In this document: positions 11,295 through 24,005 of the stretch, in pieces
Layout: each line of letters begins with the position of its first letter
Numbering within the stretch: position 1 is the stretch's first letter
NCBI RefSeq assembly: GCF_006345805.1
Contig: NC_043025.1
Span: 9,486,001-9,550,000, forward strand
Reading direction: 5' to 3'
DNA: 64,000 bases
DNA from: Octopus sinensis
Lineage: Eukaryota
The notes under the pieces: generated by a model
Database searches by the model: none
The model's input: the letters and a program-made list of their open reading frames with translations, nothing else
What the model was told of the DNA's origin: nothing
Translations under genes and position numbers: made by a program

Positions 11295-12135
11295 CGAAGC
11301 GGTCTTCGTCCCAGAGTGGGAGAAGTCCGAAACGTGGTCCTTTGCTACTCGTAAGACCCACAGAAGAGACAGCAGGTCAACCCCCCCCCGACACCGAGAG
11401 CATCGACGGATGGATGAATGCGCATCCAGGCTCAACAGTTGTGTTTGTTGAGCGAAGCTGTCTTCGTCCCAGAGCTTGCAAGTAGTGGGAGAAGCCCGAA
11501 ACCTGGTCCTTTGCTATTCGTAAGACCCGCAGAAGAGACAGCAGGTCAACCCTCCCGACACCGAGGGGCATCGACGGATGCACGAATGTGCATCCAGGCT
11601 CAGCGGTTGCTTAGGAAGTCGGGGACAAGAAACAGGAAGAAAGAGTGAGAGAAAGTTGGGGCGAAAGAGTACAACAGCGGTCGCCACCACCCCTTGCCGG
11701 AGCCTCATGGAGTTTTAGGTGTTTTTGCTCAATAAATACACACAACGCTCGGTCTGGGAATCGAAACCGCAATCCTCCGACCGCGAGACCACTGCCCTAA
11801 CCACTGGGCCATTGTGCCTCCACTGCTGTTTCTGTTTCAGTTGCTGTTGAGCGAACGGTCTTCGTCCTGGTGGAAGTCCGAAACGTGGTCCTTTGATATT
11901 CGTAAGACCCGCAAAAGAGACAGCAGGTCATCAACCCCCCCGACACCAAGGGGCATCGACGGATGGATGAATGCACATCCAGGCTCAGCGGTTGCGTAGG
12001 AAGTCGGGGACAAGAAACAGGAAGAAAGAGTGAGAGAAAGTTGGGACGAAAGAGTACAACAGGGGTCGCCACCACCCCCTGCCGGAGCCTCATGGAGCTT
12101 TAGGTGTTTTCACTCAATAAATACACACAACGCCC
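11295..12135 (-). mobile_element. Two tRNA-derived SINE copies (GTGGAGGC(A/G)CAATGGCCCAG-type head) with a GC-rich body present three times
   Basis: Reverse-complement head at about 11640-11823; second copy truncated at about 12134. Body GGTCTTCGTCC...CCGAAAC...GGTCCTTTG...CATCCAGGCTC at about 11295, 11452 and 11855. Confidence 0.75.
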
Positions 12136-12399
12136 ATATATATATACACACACATGTATATACATATATATATGTATATATTTGTGTGTATGGTAGTGTT
12201 TGTCCCCCCCCCACTGTCATTTGACATCTGATGTTAGTATGTTTATGCCCCTGTAACTTAGCGGTTTGGGAAAAGAGACTGGTAAAAGAAGTAATAGGCT
12301 TACAAAGAATAAGTCCCGGGGTCGATTTGTTTGACTAAAGGCGATGCTCCAGCATGGCCGCAGTCAAATGATGGAAACAAGTAATAGAATAAAAGAATA

Positions 12400-12432
12400 T
12401 ATACACTCATGCATAAACACACATACATACAA

Positions 12433-12465
<33 letters not shown>

Positions 12466-13010
12466 CATACGTATACAGACATATAAATATGCACATACAT
12501 ATACACACACATATGTACATACATGCATACATACATACATACATAAGTACATACATACATACATATATACACACATACATACATTTATACATACATATAT
12601 TCATACACACATACATACATATATATACATACATACATATATACATACACATACATCCATACATACATACACATACATCCATACATACATACATACATAC
12701 ATACATACATTCATACATACACATACATCCATACATACATACACATACATACACACACACATAGTCATACATTTATACATACATACATACATTACATACA
12801 TACATACATGCATGCATACATACATTACATACATACATATATACATACATACATACATACACACATACATCCATCCATACATACATACATTTATACATAC
12901 ATACATACATACATACATACATAGTCATATATTTATACATACATTCATACATCCATACATACATACATACATACAGAAATGCACACATACATACACACAT
13001 ATATACGTGT
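12400..13010. repeat. (TACA)n microsatellite, about 600 bp
   Basis: Read directly. Confidence 0.95.
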
Positions 13011-13419
13011 GTGCGTGATTCTTACTCTCTCTAATTTCCGGTCGTTTCTTTCTACAACAGCTAGACACGCACGACATGGATTAATCTCAACTTAATATTA
13101 CATTTCGCTTCTGAAAGTGTCCGCATCTTCACCTCAGGCCTGAAACATTCATTGACACAATTGATTTCTGTCTGCAGAGTAAATTTGCAGAAATGGTTTT
13201 GTAGTTTAAAGAATAATTCCCATTTACATCCACTTACAATAGCCACTGGTCATTGTGTTATTCAGTGTCAGTTTTTCTATGAAAGATTTCTTTCATTTTT
13301 CTTGCCCTTTAGAATTGCGTTCCGCACTTCTGCTTCATCCAAATTTCGTCATATGCTTCCGAGAATCATATTCACGGACACACAATAAAAATGTTTGTTG
13401 CTTTTCTTATATATATATA

Positions 13420-13474
<55 letters not shown>

Positions 13475-14091
13475 ATATATGTATATTCTTTTTCTTTTTT
13501 TCTCTTACTTGTTTCAGTCGTTTGACTGTGGCCATGCTGGAGCACCGCCTTTTAGTCGAGCAAATCGACCCCCAGGACTTATTCTTTTGTAAGCCCATCA
13601 TCATCATCATCACCATCACCACCACCGCCATCCATCATCATCTTCATCATTATCACCATTATCATCTTCACCTCTGTCATCATTTCCATCACCATCGTCA
13701 CCATCATCCCCATCATCATCATCACCATCACCACCACCATCATCATCATCATCATCACCATCACCATCGTCACCATCATCACCATCATCATCATCATCAC
13801 CATCACCACCACCATCATCATCATCATCATCACCGTCACCATCGTCACCATCATCACCATCACTATCGCCTGAAATTTTGAAGGACAGTTTTAGTTCAGA
13901 TTACATTAAACCTTTTCTTCTCAAAATATCCTACATACGTTTCAATTAATTTTGAAATAATGAAGAATTTAGTGAAATAATTATGTAAATTTTAATCTGG
14001 TGTTTGGAACATAAACTAACATGTAATTTTGATGGAAAGTTTCAATTTATATCACTTTAATCCTTTTTTTTGTCATATTTTTGTTGAAATA

Positions 14092-14812
14092 CATTACTCT
14101 TTTACTTGTTTCAGTCATTTGATTGCGGCCATGCTGGAGCACCACCTTTTAGTCGAGCAAATCGACCCCGGGACTTATTCTTTTGTAAGCCCAGTACTTA
14201 TTCTATCGGTCTCTTTTGCCGAACCGCTAAGTGACGGGGACGTAAACACACCAGCATCGGTTGTCAAGCAATGCTAGGGGGACAAACACAAACACACAAA
14301 CACACACGCACATACATATATATATATATACATATATACGACAGGCTTCTTTCAGTTTCCGTCTACCAAATCCACTCACAAGGCATTGGTCGGCCCGGGG
14401 CTATAGCAGAAGACACTTGCCCAAGGTGCCACGCAGTGGGACTGAACCCGGAACCATGTGGTTGGTTAGCAAGTTACTTACCACACAGCTACTCCTGCGC
14501 CTATATATGACGGGCTTCTTTCAGTTTCCGTCTACCAAATCCACTCACAAGGCATTGGTCGGCCCGGGGCTATAGCAGAAGACACTTGCCTAAGATGCCA
14601 CGCAGTGGGACTGAACCCGGAACCATGTGGTTGGTTAGCAAGCTACTTACCACACAGCTACTCCTGCGCATATATATGACGGGCTTCTTTCAGTTTCCGT
14701 CTACCAAATCCACTCACAAGGCATTGGTCGGCCCGGGGCTATAGCAGAAGACACTTGCCCAAGGTGCCACGCAGTGGGACTGAACCCGGAACCATGTGGT
14801 TGGTTAGCAAGT
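14092..14812 (-). mobile_element. Dominant tRNA-derived SINE family (AGGCGCAGGAGTGGCTGTGTGG head): one tail plus three tandem 5' halves
   Basis: Tail ...GGTGCTCCAGCATGGCCGCA(G/A)TCAAATGACTGAAACAAGTAAAAGAG and repeated head halves on the - strand. Confidence 0.85.
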
Positions 14813-14835
14813 TATAATAAAATAATAATAATAAT

Positions 14836-15058
14836 AAAACATTGTGTACAGTGCTCAGGGGCACTACAACTCATCTAAAGTGTATATATAATCAGGTGTA
14901 GTTTCGGCAGATTTCGGAAAGCATGAGGGCCTTAAAGGATGCAGTGTCATGGCAGTCAACAACTGACGCAGGCAGTTTATTCCATGCTTCAGCAACTCTG
15001 AGCGTGAAAAGATGTTTCCGAAAGTCATGGGAGCTGTGTTGTTTTCTGACTTTGTAGG
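14836..15058 (-). mobile_element. CR1-type LINE 3' end
   Basis: Minus strand reads KVRKQHSSHDFRKHLFTLRVAEAWNKLPASVVDCHDTASFKALMLSEI..., the CR1 ORF2 C-terminal signature. A second copy is at 54921-55040 (+). Confidence 0.75.
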
Positions 15059-15363
15059 CATACTACACAGCCACTCCTGCGCCTAGGAGCATTGTATTAA
15101 TTTCATAAACACTGAAAATAATTGAGAATTTAGTAGAAACAAAATAGCGATTATTAAACTCGTGTTTGGAATATAAATCATCCTGAAAATTTTAAAGTGT
15201 AGAATTAATGGAAGATTTTAATTTCTCTCACTTTAATTCCATTATGATAAATACATTGATCACATCTGATCCAAACAAGTGCCATTTTGCAGAAGAAAAG
15301 AAGCCAAGAAAAGGAATTAAAATGATATGGACAATTTGTCATTAGAATTCATACAGTCTTTAA

Positions 15364-16080
15364 CCCTTTAGCTTTCAAACCGGCCATATCCGGCCAAAAG
15401 TATTCTGCCTGTTTTATGTTCAAACTGGCCATATCTGGCCAAAAGTATTCTGCCTGTTTTATGTTCAAACTGGCCATATCCGGCCAAAAGTATTCTGCCT
15501 GTTTTATGTTCAAACTGGCCATATCTGGCCAAAAGTATTCTGCCTGTTTTATGTTCAAACTGGCCAGATCTGGCCAAAAGTATTCTGCCTGTTTTATGTT
15601 CAAACTGGCCATATCTGGCCAAAAGTATTCTGCCTGTTTTATGTTCAAACTGGCCATATCTGGCCAAAAGTATTCTGCCTGTTTTATGTTCAAACTGGCC
15701 ATATCTGGCCAAAAGTATTCTGCCTGTTTTATGTTCAAACTGGCCATATCTGGCCAAAAGTATTCTGCCTGTTTTATGTTCAAACTGGCCATATCTGGCC
15801 AAAAGTATTCTGCCTGTTTTATGTTCAAACTGGCCATATCCGGCCAAAAGTATTCTGCCTGTTTTATGTTCAAACTGGCCATATCTGGCCAAAAGTATTC
15901 TGCCTGTTTTATGTTCAAACTGGCCAGATCTGGTCTCTCACACCAGCCCTACAATATCGTTTTAAAAATGAACAGCTACCTCATCAAAATCTCAAAGCTA
16001 CAAGATTAATGCAGGATTAGTTCAAGGCAAAGTGGATAAAAAAGGATTAATTTTGGCAGAATAATGCGAACACTAAAGGG
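15364..16080. mobile_element. TTAA-flanked piggyBac-type MITE with an internal 45-bp tandem expansion
   Basis: TTAA at 15360-15363 and 16081-16084; termini CCCTTTAG / CTAAAGGG. Confidence 0.8.
15376..15933. repeat. 45-bp tandem array, 12 full units plus a partial
   Basis: CAAACTGGCCATATCTGGCCAAAAGTATTCTGCCTGTTTTATGTT, exact 45-bp period, no unique spacers. Confidence 0.95.
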
Positions 16081-16620
16081 TTAAGATTCTCAACTAAAAT
16101 TAGATTTTTCTGAAAGCAATTCCTAATAATTCGAAATTTTGTTATTATTTTATTCTTTTATTTGTTTCAGTCATTTGGTCATGGCCATGCTGGATCTACC
16201 TTAAAGGGGTCTTAGTTGAACAAATCAACAATACTCTTTACTCTAATCTTTTACTTGTTTCAATCATTTGACTGTGGTCATGCTGGAGCACTGCCTTTTT
16301 AGTCGAGCAAATCGACCCCGGGACTTATTCTTTGTAAGCCTAGTACTTATTCTATTGGTCTCTTTTGCCGAACTGCTAAGTTACAGGGACGTAAACACAC
16401 CAGCATCGGTTGTCAAGCGATATTGGGGGGACAAACACAGACACACAAACACATATAGATAGATAGATGGATAGATATATACATACATACACACACATAT
16501 ATATATAATATATATATATAGTTAATCCAAGCAAGAAAACACAGAAAAAAACACAGCAACGCGAGGACGTGGAACAATTAAAGTATTATTTGATGCTCAG
16601 GAAGGAAGGGAAGAAGGAGG

Positions 16621-16655
16621 GTTTAATATTTCCAGCAGAGCTCTTCGTCGGAAAC
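16621..16655 (-). ncRNA. Degenerate minimal type I hammerhead ribozyme relic in a Penelope-like terminal fragment
   Basis: Minus strand GTTT-CCGACGA-A-GAGCtctGCTG-GAA-ATAT-T-AAAC: stem I GTTT/AAAC, palindromic stem III; core and stem II are mutated. Confidence 0.4.
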
Positions 16656-17499
16656 AAAGGAGAAGGAAAGATCCCGAGAAGAGAAGACAGAGGAAAAAAA
16701 TATTTTTGCTGGTGGTGCTCAAGAGATCACATAGGCTTCTTTCAGTTTCCGTCTACCAAATCCACTCACACGGTTTTGGTCGGCCCGAGGCTATAGTAGA
16801 AGACACTTGTCCAAGGTGCCATGCAGTGGGACTGAATCCGGAACCATATTTGACTGTGGCCATGCTGGAGCACCGCCTTTAGTCGAGCAAATCGACCCCG
16901 GCACTTATTCTTTTGTAAGCCCAGTACTTATTCTATCGGTCTCTTTCGCAGAACTGCTAAGTAATGGGGACATAAACACACCAGCATCAGTTGTCAAGCA
17001 ATGCTATGGGGACAAACACAGACACACAAACCCATATATATATACATATATACGACGGGCTTCTTTCAGTTTCCGTCTACCAAATCCACTCACAAGGCTT
17101 AGGTCGGCCCGGGGCTATAACAGAAGACACTTGCCCGAGATGCCACGCAGTGGGACTGAACCCGGAACCATGTGGTTGGTAAACAAGCTACTTACCACAC
17201 AGCCACTCCTGCGCCTCTTTCCACACAGCCACTCCTGCGCCACACGCGTACTCTTAATGGGATACTCAGGGAGACTGAGTATTATACAGAATGTGACACG
17301 GCTGGTTCCTTCGAATTACAGGGGCAACTAATTTTGGAACTGGAGGAACGTGAAATGGTCAGCACTCCGTCAGTTATGATGACGAGGGTTCCAGTTGATC
17401 CGATCAATGGAACAGCCTGCTTATGAAACTAACGTACAGGTGGTTGAGTACTCCACAGACATGTTGTTTGTTCCTTCTCGAGCCATCATATATATATAT

Positions 17500-17895
17500 A
17501 GGCGTAGGAGTGGCTGTGTGGTAAGTAGCTTGCTTACCAACCACATGGTTGAGGGTTCAGTCCCACTGCGTGGCACCTTGGGCAAGTGTCTCCTACTATA
17601 GCCTCAGGCTGACCAAAGCCTTGTGAGTGGATTTGGTAGACGGAAACTGAAAGAAGCCCATCGTATATATATATATATGTCTGTGTATATGTTTGTGTGT
17701 CTGTGTTTGTCTTCCCAACATCGCTTGACAATCGATGCTGGTGTGTTTACGTCCCCGTAACTTAGCGGTTCAGCAAAAGAGACCGATAGAATAAGTACTA
17801 GGCTTACAAAGAATAAGTCCTGGGGTCGATTTGCTCGACTAAAAGGTGGTGCTCCAGCATGGCCACAGTCAAATGATTGAAACAAGTAAAAGAGT
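17500..17895 (+). mobile_element. Full-length copy of the dominant SINE family
   Basis: Head, internal (TA)n and AAGTAAAAGAG tail all present. Confidence 0.85.
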
Positions 17896-17944
17896 AATAT
17901 GTATGTATGTATATATCTATGTATGTATGTATACACACACATAC

Positions 17945-18478
17945 ACACACACTTTGTTTCAAATTATTAATGACATAATATTTCTTAATTTTATCTAAAA
18001 ACTACCGGTTGGAATTTAATAAAATTTCCTGAGAATAATGGCAACAGTTCTATGCACGGGGTGTGTAAAGACCACGATGGGTTTTGCAGAAGTGTGAACA
18101 AACTACAACCTTTTGCGTGATTTCCACGAACTTTCAGTAATCTAAATTATTAATGCATTGTTTGAGAATTTCCTAACCATGGTTGATAAATGCGATTTAA
18201 CTGCTTCAGAGAAATCTGTTATTACTTCTGAACTTGCAAAAGGTAAATCAACATTAGAAATATCTAAAACAATTGGAAGATCTCACCAATCTGTGTAAAA
18301 ATTAGTAACAGCCCCGACGAAGATACATAAGAGAGCCAATAGGGTTCAGTCAGGGGTTATTTCTCTGTCGCGAATTAAGGGTAAAGCTGTACGGAACCCA
18401 GGTCTTACAAGTGGAGAACTTTTCAAGTGCATTGGTGACAAAACTGTGTCTCCAGAACTACCCCAATGTCATCTACTG
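17945..18478 (+). mobile_element. Tc1-like transposon 5' fragment (pseudogenised transposase N-terminus)
   Basis: From ATG 18179: MVDKCDLTASEKSVITSELAKGKSTLEISKTIGRSHQSV*KLVTAP...RIKGKAVRNPGLTSGELFK, an HTH region with an in-frame stop at 18296; truncated by a SINE. Confidence 0.7.
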
Positions 18479-18650
18479 GAGTGGCTGTGTGGTAAGTAGC
18501 TTGCTTACCAACCACATGGTTCCGGGTTCATTCCCACTGCGTGGCCCCTTGGACAAGTGCCTTCTACTATAGCCTCAGGCCGACCAAATCCTTGTGAGTG
18601 GATTTGGTAGACGGAAACTGAAAGAAGCCCCTTGTAAATGTATGTATGTA

Positions 18651-18688
<38 letters not shown>

Positions 18689-19305
18689 CGTAGGAGTGGC
18701 TGTGTGGTAAGTAACTTGCTTACCAACCACATGGTTCCGGGTTCAGTCCCACTGCGTGGCACCTTGGGCAAGTGCCTTCTACTGTAGCCTCGCGCCAACC
18801 AAAGCCTTGTGAGTGGATTTGGTAGACGGAAACTGAAAGAAGCCCCTCGTAAATGTATGTATGTATGTATATATATATTATATATATATTATATATATAT
18901 ATATAGGTGTAGGAGTGGCTGTGTGGTAAGTACCTTGCTAACCAACCACATGGTTCTGGGTTCATTCCCACTGCGTGGCACCTTGGGCAAGTGTCTTCTA
19001 CTATAGCCTCGGGCCGACCATAGCCTTGTGAGTGGATTTGGTAGACGGAAACTGAAAGAAGCCCGTCATATGTATGTGTGTGTTTGTGTGTCTGTTTTTG
19101 TCCCCCTAGCATTGCTTGACAACTGATGCTGGTGTGTTTATGTTCCCGTTAGTTAGTGGTGCGGCAAAAGAGACCGATAGAATAAGTACTGGGCTTACAA
19201 AGAATAAGTCCCGGGGTCGAGTTGCTCGATTAAAGGCGGTGCTCCAGCATGGCCGCAGTCAAATGACTGAAACAAGTAAAAGAGTAAAAGAGAAAGAGTA
19301 AAGAG
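18478..19305 (+). mobile_element. Dominant SINE: three tandem 5' halves plus one tail
   Basis: Heads at about 18478, 18687 and 18905; tail ends at about 19305. Confidence 0.85.
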
Positions 19306-19759
19306 AATGATAGGAGAAAGTGGCCTTTATCTCTGTATTTCTTGAAATATCCAGTGTGTCCTTTGTATACCATGTATATTTTTACCACATTTCACCATCT
19401 TACCGTTTCTTCAATTTACAAAATATATTTTCATTTCCATTATTTCTTTCTTTGTATTTCTTTTAATTCTTCATTTTCTGCCTGTTTCAATGAATTTTTT
19501 AATATCTTTCAAGTTCTGAAAATGTCAGCTTATAAGTGACATTCATTTATCTGAAATTATCTGAAATTATCTGAAATATGCTCTCAGCAAGACAAAATGA
19601 GAAACAACAGCTTCAGCCATAGCTCATCCATATTGCAAATGGCTATCGACAACAACATAAAGACAGCACTATTGCCACTACCTTAGTTGTAACAAGCTGC
19701 CACAGTATCACACATCACTACCAAAATAAATAAGAAGTTCCAATCCTGTTGGTACTGGT

Positions 19760-19805
<46 letters not shown>

Positions 19806-20311
19806 CAAATTAGAGACAAAACCACTATTATGCAAATCAAACAAAGAAAGACTTAAGCCAATACATAAAATAATTTATATAAATTATTTTATGTATTGGC
19901 TTAAGTCTTTCATTGTTTGATTTGCATAATAGTGGTTTTGTCTCTAATTTGACATAATATAATATTTTACTATAAAATTGGATTCAATCTTAAATCTGAT
20001 TTTCCTTGTAAATTTGGATTTATTCCCTAATATTTATTATATATATATATATATATATGGCCTGCTCGCTTAGCCAGCAGGGTGGCATCATTCGAAGGGT
20101 AAAACAATGCGATGTGTAACACATCTGATGGTCTGGTTGGTCACGTGATCACGTGATATATATATATATATATTACATATATATATACATATATATATAT
20201 ATATTTAACATATATATATATATATATACATATATATAATACATATATATATATATATATATATATATGTTTACATATATATATACATATATATATACAT
20301 ATATAATATAC

Positions 20312-20344
<33 letters not shown>

Positions 20345-20430
20345 CATTATATATACATATATAACATATATATATATACATATATTATATATACATATAT
20401 ATACATATATATATACATATATATATATAC

Positions 20431-20469
<39 letters not shown>

Positions 20470-20519
20470 GATATATATATATATGAGTGGATTTGGTAGA
20501 TGGAAACTGAAAGAAGCCC

Positions 20520-20557
<38 letters not shown>

Positions 20558-21041
20558 TATACACAATGGGCTTCTTACAGTTTCCATCTACCAAATCCAC
20601 TCATAAAGCTTTGGCCAACCCAGGGCTATAGTAGAAAATACTTCTCTAACCTAGGAACTGAACCTAGAACCATAGAGTTGGGAAGCAGACTTCTTACCAC
20701 ACAGCTACACCTAAAAAAAAAGAGAAGAAAAAACTACCTAATGCTTTTCTTCATTTTCCATTTTTTAATCTTTGTCATCAAATTTTCTTCCTACTCAAAG
20801 CATTCTGTTCTATTTCTTTCCAAGACATTCGATTTATTTTCTACTTGTTTACTGTATACTTAAGATAAATAACATAAGATTTTATTTTATCTCCATAAAA
20901 TCATTCGTATTCCATGTTGTTAGTTTTGTACAAATTTTTTTGCCAAAAATGTTTATACTCAGCCAGCGTGTATTTACATTCCATGATACTAGTCTAGTAT
21001 TTTTGGCTACTGGTTTTGTCTAGGCTTTAAAAGGGCGCATT

Positions 21042-21395
21042 TCATCATCATCATCATCATCATTTAACGTCTGCTTTCCATGCTAGCATGGGTTGCACGG
21101 TTCAACTGGGGTCTGGGAAGCCAGAAGGTTGCACCAGGCTCCAGTCTTATCTGGCAGTGTTTCTACGGCTGGATGCCCTTACTAATGCCAACCACTCTGT
21201 AAGTGTAGTGGGTGCTTTTTATGTGCCACTGGCACGGGGACCAGACGAAGCTGGCAACGGCCACGGTCAGATGGTGCTTTTTACGTGCCACCGGCACAGA
21301 GGCCAGTCAGGGCGGCGCTGGCTACGGCCATGTTCGGATAGTTCTCTTATGTGCCACCGGCACTGGTATCACAGCTACAAATTCCATTGATCTTG
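21042..21395 (-). mobile_element. RTE LINE 3' UTR with (TGA)n tail
   Basis: Homologous to the 3' UTR that follows the RTE ORF end at 42498-43000. Confidence 0.8.
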
Positions 21396-21416
21396 ATAGA
21401 TATATATATATATATA

Positions 21417-21727
21417 TCACGTCACATGATCACGTGACCGACCAGTCCATCAGATGTAGTTACACATCGCTGGTCACAATGCGTTTGCATTGTTTTAGCC
21501 TTCGAATGACGCCACCCCACTGGCTAAGCGAGCAGGCCAACTGAAGAAAGAGTGAGAGAAAGTTGTGGCGAAAGAGTACAGCAGGGATCGCCACCCCCTG
21601 CCGGAGCCTCATGGAGCTTTAGGTGTTTTTGCTCAATAAACACTCACAATGCCCGCTCTGGGAATCGAAACCGCGATCCTATAACCGCGTGTCCGCTGCC
21701 CTAACCACAGGGCCATTGCGCCTCCAC
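21417..21727 (-). mobile_element. tRNA-derived SINE (GTGGAGGCGCAATGGCC head) with a tail ending near GGTCACGTGA; sister copy 56687-56964 and tail fragment 20058-20156 (+)
   Basis: Shared head and body with 11640 and 43320, but a different tail. Confidence 0.8.
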
Positions 21728-21742
21728 ATATATATATATATA

Positions 21743-22045
21743 CTAGCAGTATCGCTCGGCGTTGCTCGGGTTTGTTTCGACCCGCTGGAATTGTAATTTT
21801 GAAAAGTAAAAATTTTGCGAACATTTTTCTGGTCGAAATACACCGAAAAGTGGCGACACAGCTGTGAAAAAATCGTAAAACATAGGGATTTTCATAGAAA
21901 AAAGCATCTTTTTGATGTAAATAAGTTTTGGTGTTAACATGGTCCGATTTGAAGGAAGAGCAACCCTTCTTCTACCATACTCTCAATTTTGGTCAACTTG
22001 CGCCGCAGGGTCTCGGAGGAGATAGTGTTAGTTGAAGGTTACCAT
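21743..22045 (-). mobile_element. Non-autonomous Helitron (3' hairpin + CTAG); sister copy 61126-61500
   Basis: Plus strand starts ACTAGCAGTATCGC..CGGCGTTGCTCGGG, essentially the reverse complement of the Helitron 3' end at 41131-41159. Confidence 0.65.
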
Positions 22046-23414
22046 TCTAGGTGCCTGAGTAACAACCTCGCAGATTTACAGATAAATGAATTAATTACTA
22101 TTTTACAGAATAAAATTAAATAATTCTTGAAAATTAATTAATATTAATATTTTTTGAACAAAGTAAATAATTTTTAAAACTTAAATAATAATTTTTTTTA
22201 CACAAACGCGAACGGGGAAAAGGGGGTGGCGAATTCGATTTACATACCTAAATTTTTTCTTTTTCATGACATTGTAGCAAAATAGTAGAGAATTATATAA
22301 ATACCAGCAGTACATTTTTTTTTCTGGGGTATTTTTTTCAACCTCGTCACATATTTGCCCCTTTCAATTTAAACAAAGTCTTAATTAAGCAATTATGGCA
22401 GCTTAGCAATGGTTTCAATACAGGCGTGACATCTGTATCTCAATTGTTCAAAACCCTTCGAATTTTTTCGCACGTGATGATATCATAGTGAAAACTTTCA
22501 ATTACGTGCGCTTAGAAGTACGCTCGCAAATTAATACTACCAAAATTTTGAAGTTCGCGCTCCGCTTGTGTGTGTGTGTGTGCGTGCTTTAGGTGTACGT
22601 AGGTATGTGTTTTTGTGTGTGTGTGTCACTGAAGCCATACATACATATATACATACACAACCTCTCTCTCTCTTTTCTCTCTCAGTCACTCACTACAAAA
22701 AGTGAATAAAAAAAGTTCAGTTATTTCTGTCTTTCACTCTGTCTGTCTCTTTACACACACTAACAAAAGCACTTCACTTACACACCACACTTTCTGTGTC
22801 GCACAACCCATCAAACACACACACACACACTCACGCACGCACACATGTACATCAATGCTTTCGGAGTGAAATGTTAAAATATTGAGTTTTCTCGAATTTT
22901 GTCTTAATTGGGGGTGAAATTGAAAGAAATATATTATGGCATGACCGAATGGAGTACTTTGAAAAATCTTAGGTAAACACTAATTGAAGAAATTGTGTGA
23001 GGAGTAAATCGTTATGTATTTATTTGTTTCTGTTTGCTGCGTTTTTTTTATGTTTTGAGTAGTGGTTTAAATACTTTCAGTTTAGTCTTCCTCAAATCAC
23101 TCTGTCGCTATTTACTTTCATTTTATTTGTTGCACACTGTGTGTGTGCGTGTGCGTGTGGTGTAAACCACATTAAGAAAAGCATTTGACATACACAACAG
23201 AATGTAAGTTTTCTGTAAATTTTGCTTAATTGGAGTTTAAATTTTAAAAACTGGACCTGGCATGACCCAATGCATTCTACTCTTAAAAATGCTAAGTAAA
23301 TTGTAATTGAAGAAATCCTATATTGTAGATTTCTATAAGTTACAAAGGGAGGCAGATAAAATCTGCCTTTTATAATAAGAGATATACGTATATATATATA
23401 TATATATATATATA

Positions 23415-23665
23415 GTGGAGGAGTGTGGCTTAGTGGGTGGGGTGTCAGCATCATGATTGTAAGATTGTGGTTTCAATTCCTGGACCAGGCGACGCGATGA
23501 CAAAGATGATGATGACAATAATAATGATGATAAAGATGATGATGACAATGATGATGATGATGATGGTGATGACAAAGATGATGGTGACAAGGATGATGAT
23601 GACAAAGATGATGACAAAAATGATGACAAAAATGATGAGGACAAAGATGATGGTGACAAGGATGC
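23415..23665 (+). mobile_element. SINE head fused to a compound (GAT/GAC)n tract; sister at 41569-42012
   Basis: Same junction GGCGA(C/T)GCG|ATGACAAAGATGATGATGACAAT at both loci. Confidence 0.75.
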
Positions 23666-23971
23666 TGGTTGCTAGTTTGGTCATGTGATGCATATGGAGG
23701 TCGACGGCTGGAATGTATCCTGGTTGCCAAGGGCCAGCAGTCTGAAAAAGGTTGGGAACTACTGCTATAGCAGAAGACACTTGCCCAAGATGCCATGCAG
23801 TGGGACTGAACTCAGAACCATGTCGTTGGGAAGCAAGCTTCTTACCACACAGCCACTCCTGTGCCTATAAATATATGTGTATTTTTATCTATGAGCCACA
23901 ACTGTTCTGCATAGAATTTATTTCTCAATATTTATCTATATAAGGCGCAGGAGTGGCTGTGTGGTAAGAAG

Positions 23972-24004
<33 letters not shown>

Positions 24005-24005
24005 T

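Noticed and set aside
11295-11440. Hammerhead in the GC-rich SINE body (contains CGAAAC)
   Set aside because: No CUGANGA core at a suitable distance and no consistent stems.
15376-15933. CRISPR-like array (also considered for the 98-, 42- and 140-bp arrays)
   Set aside because: Units are contiguous with no unique spacers, there are no cas genes, the context is eukaryotic, and this array lies inside a MITE.
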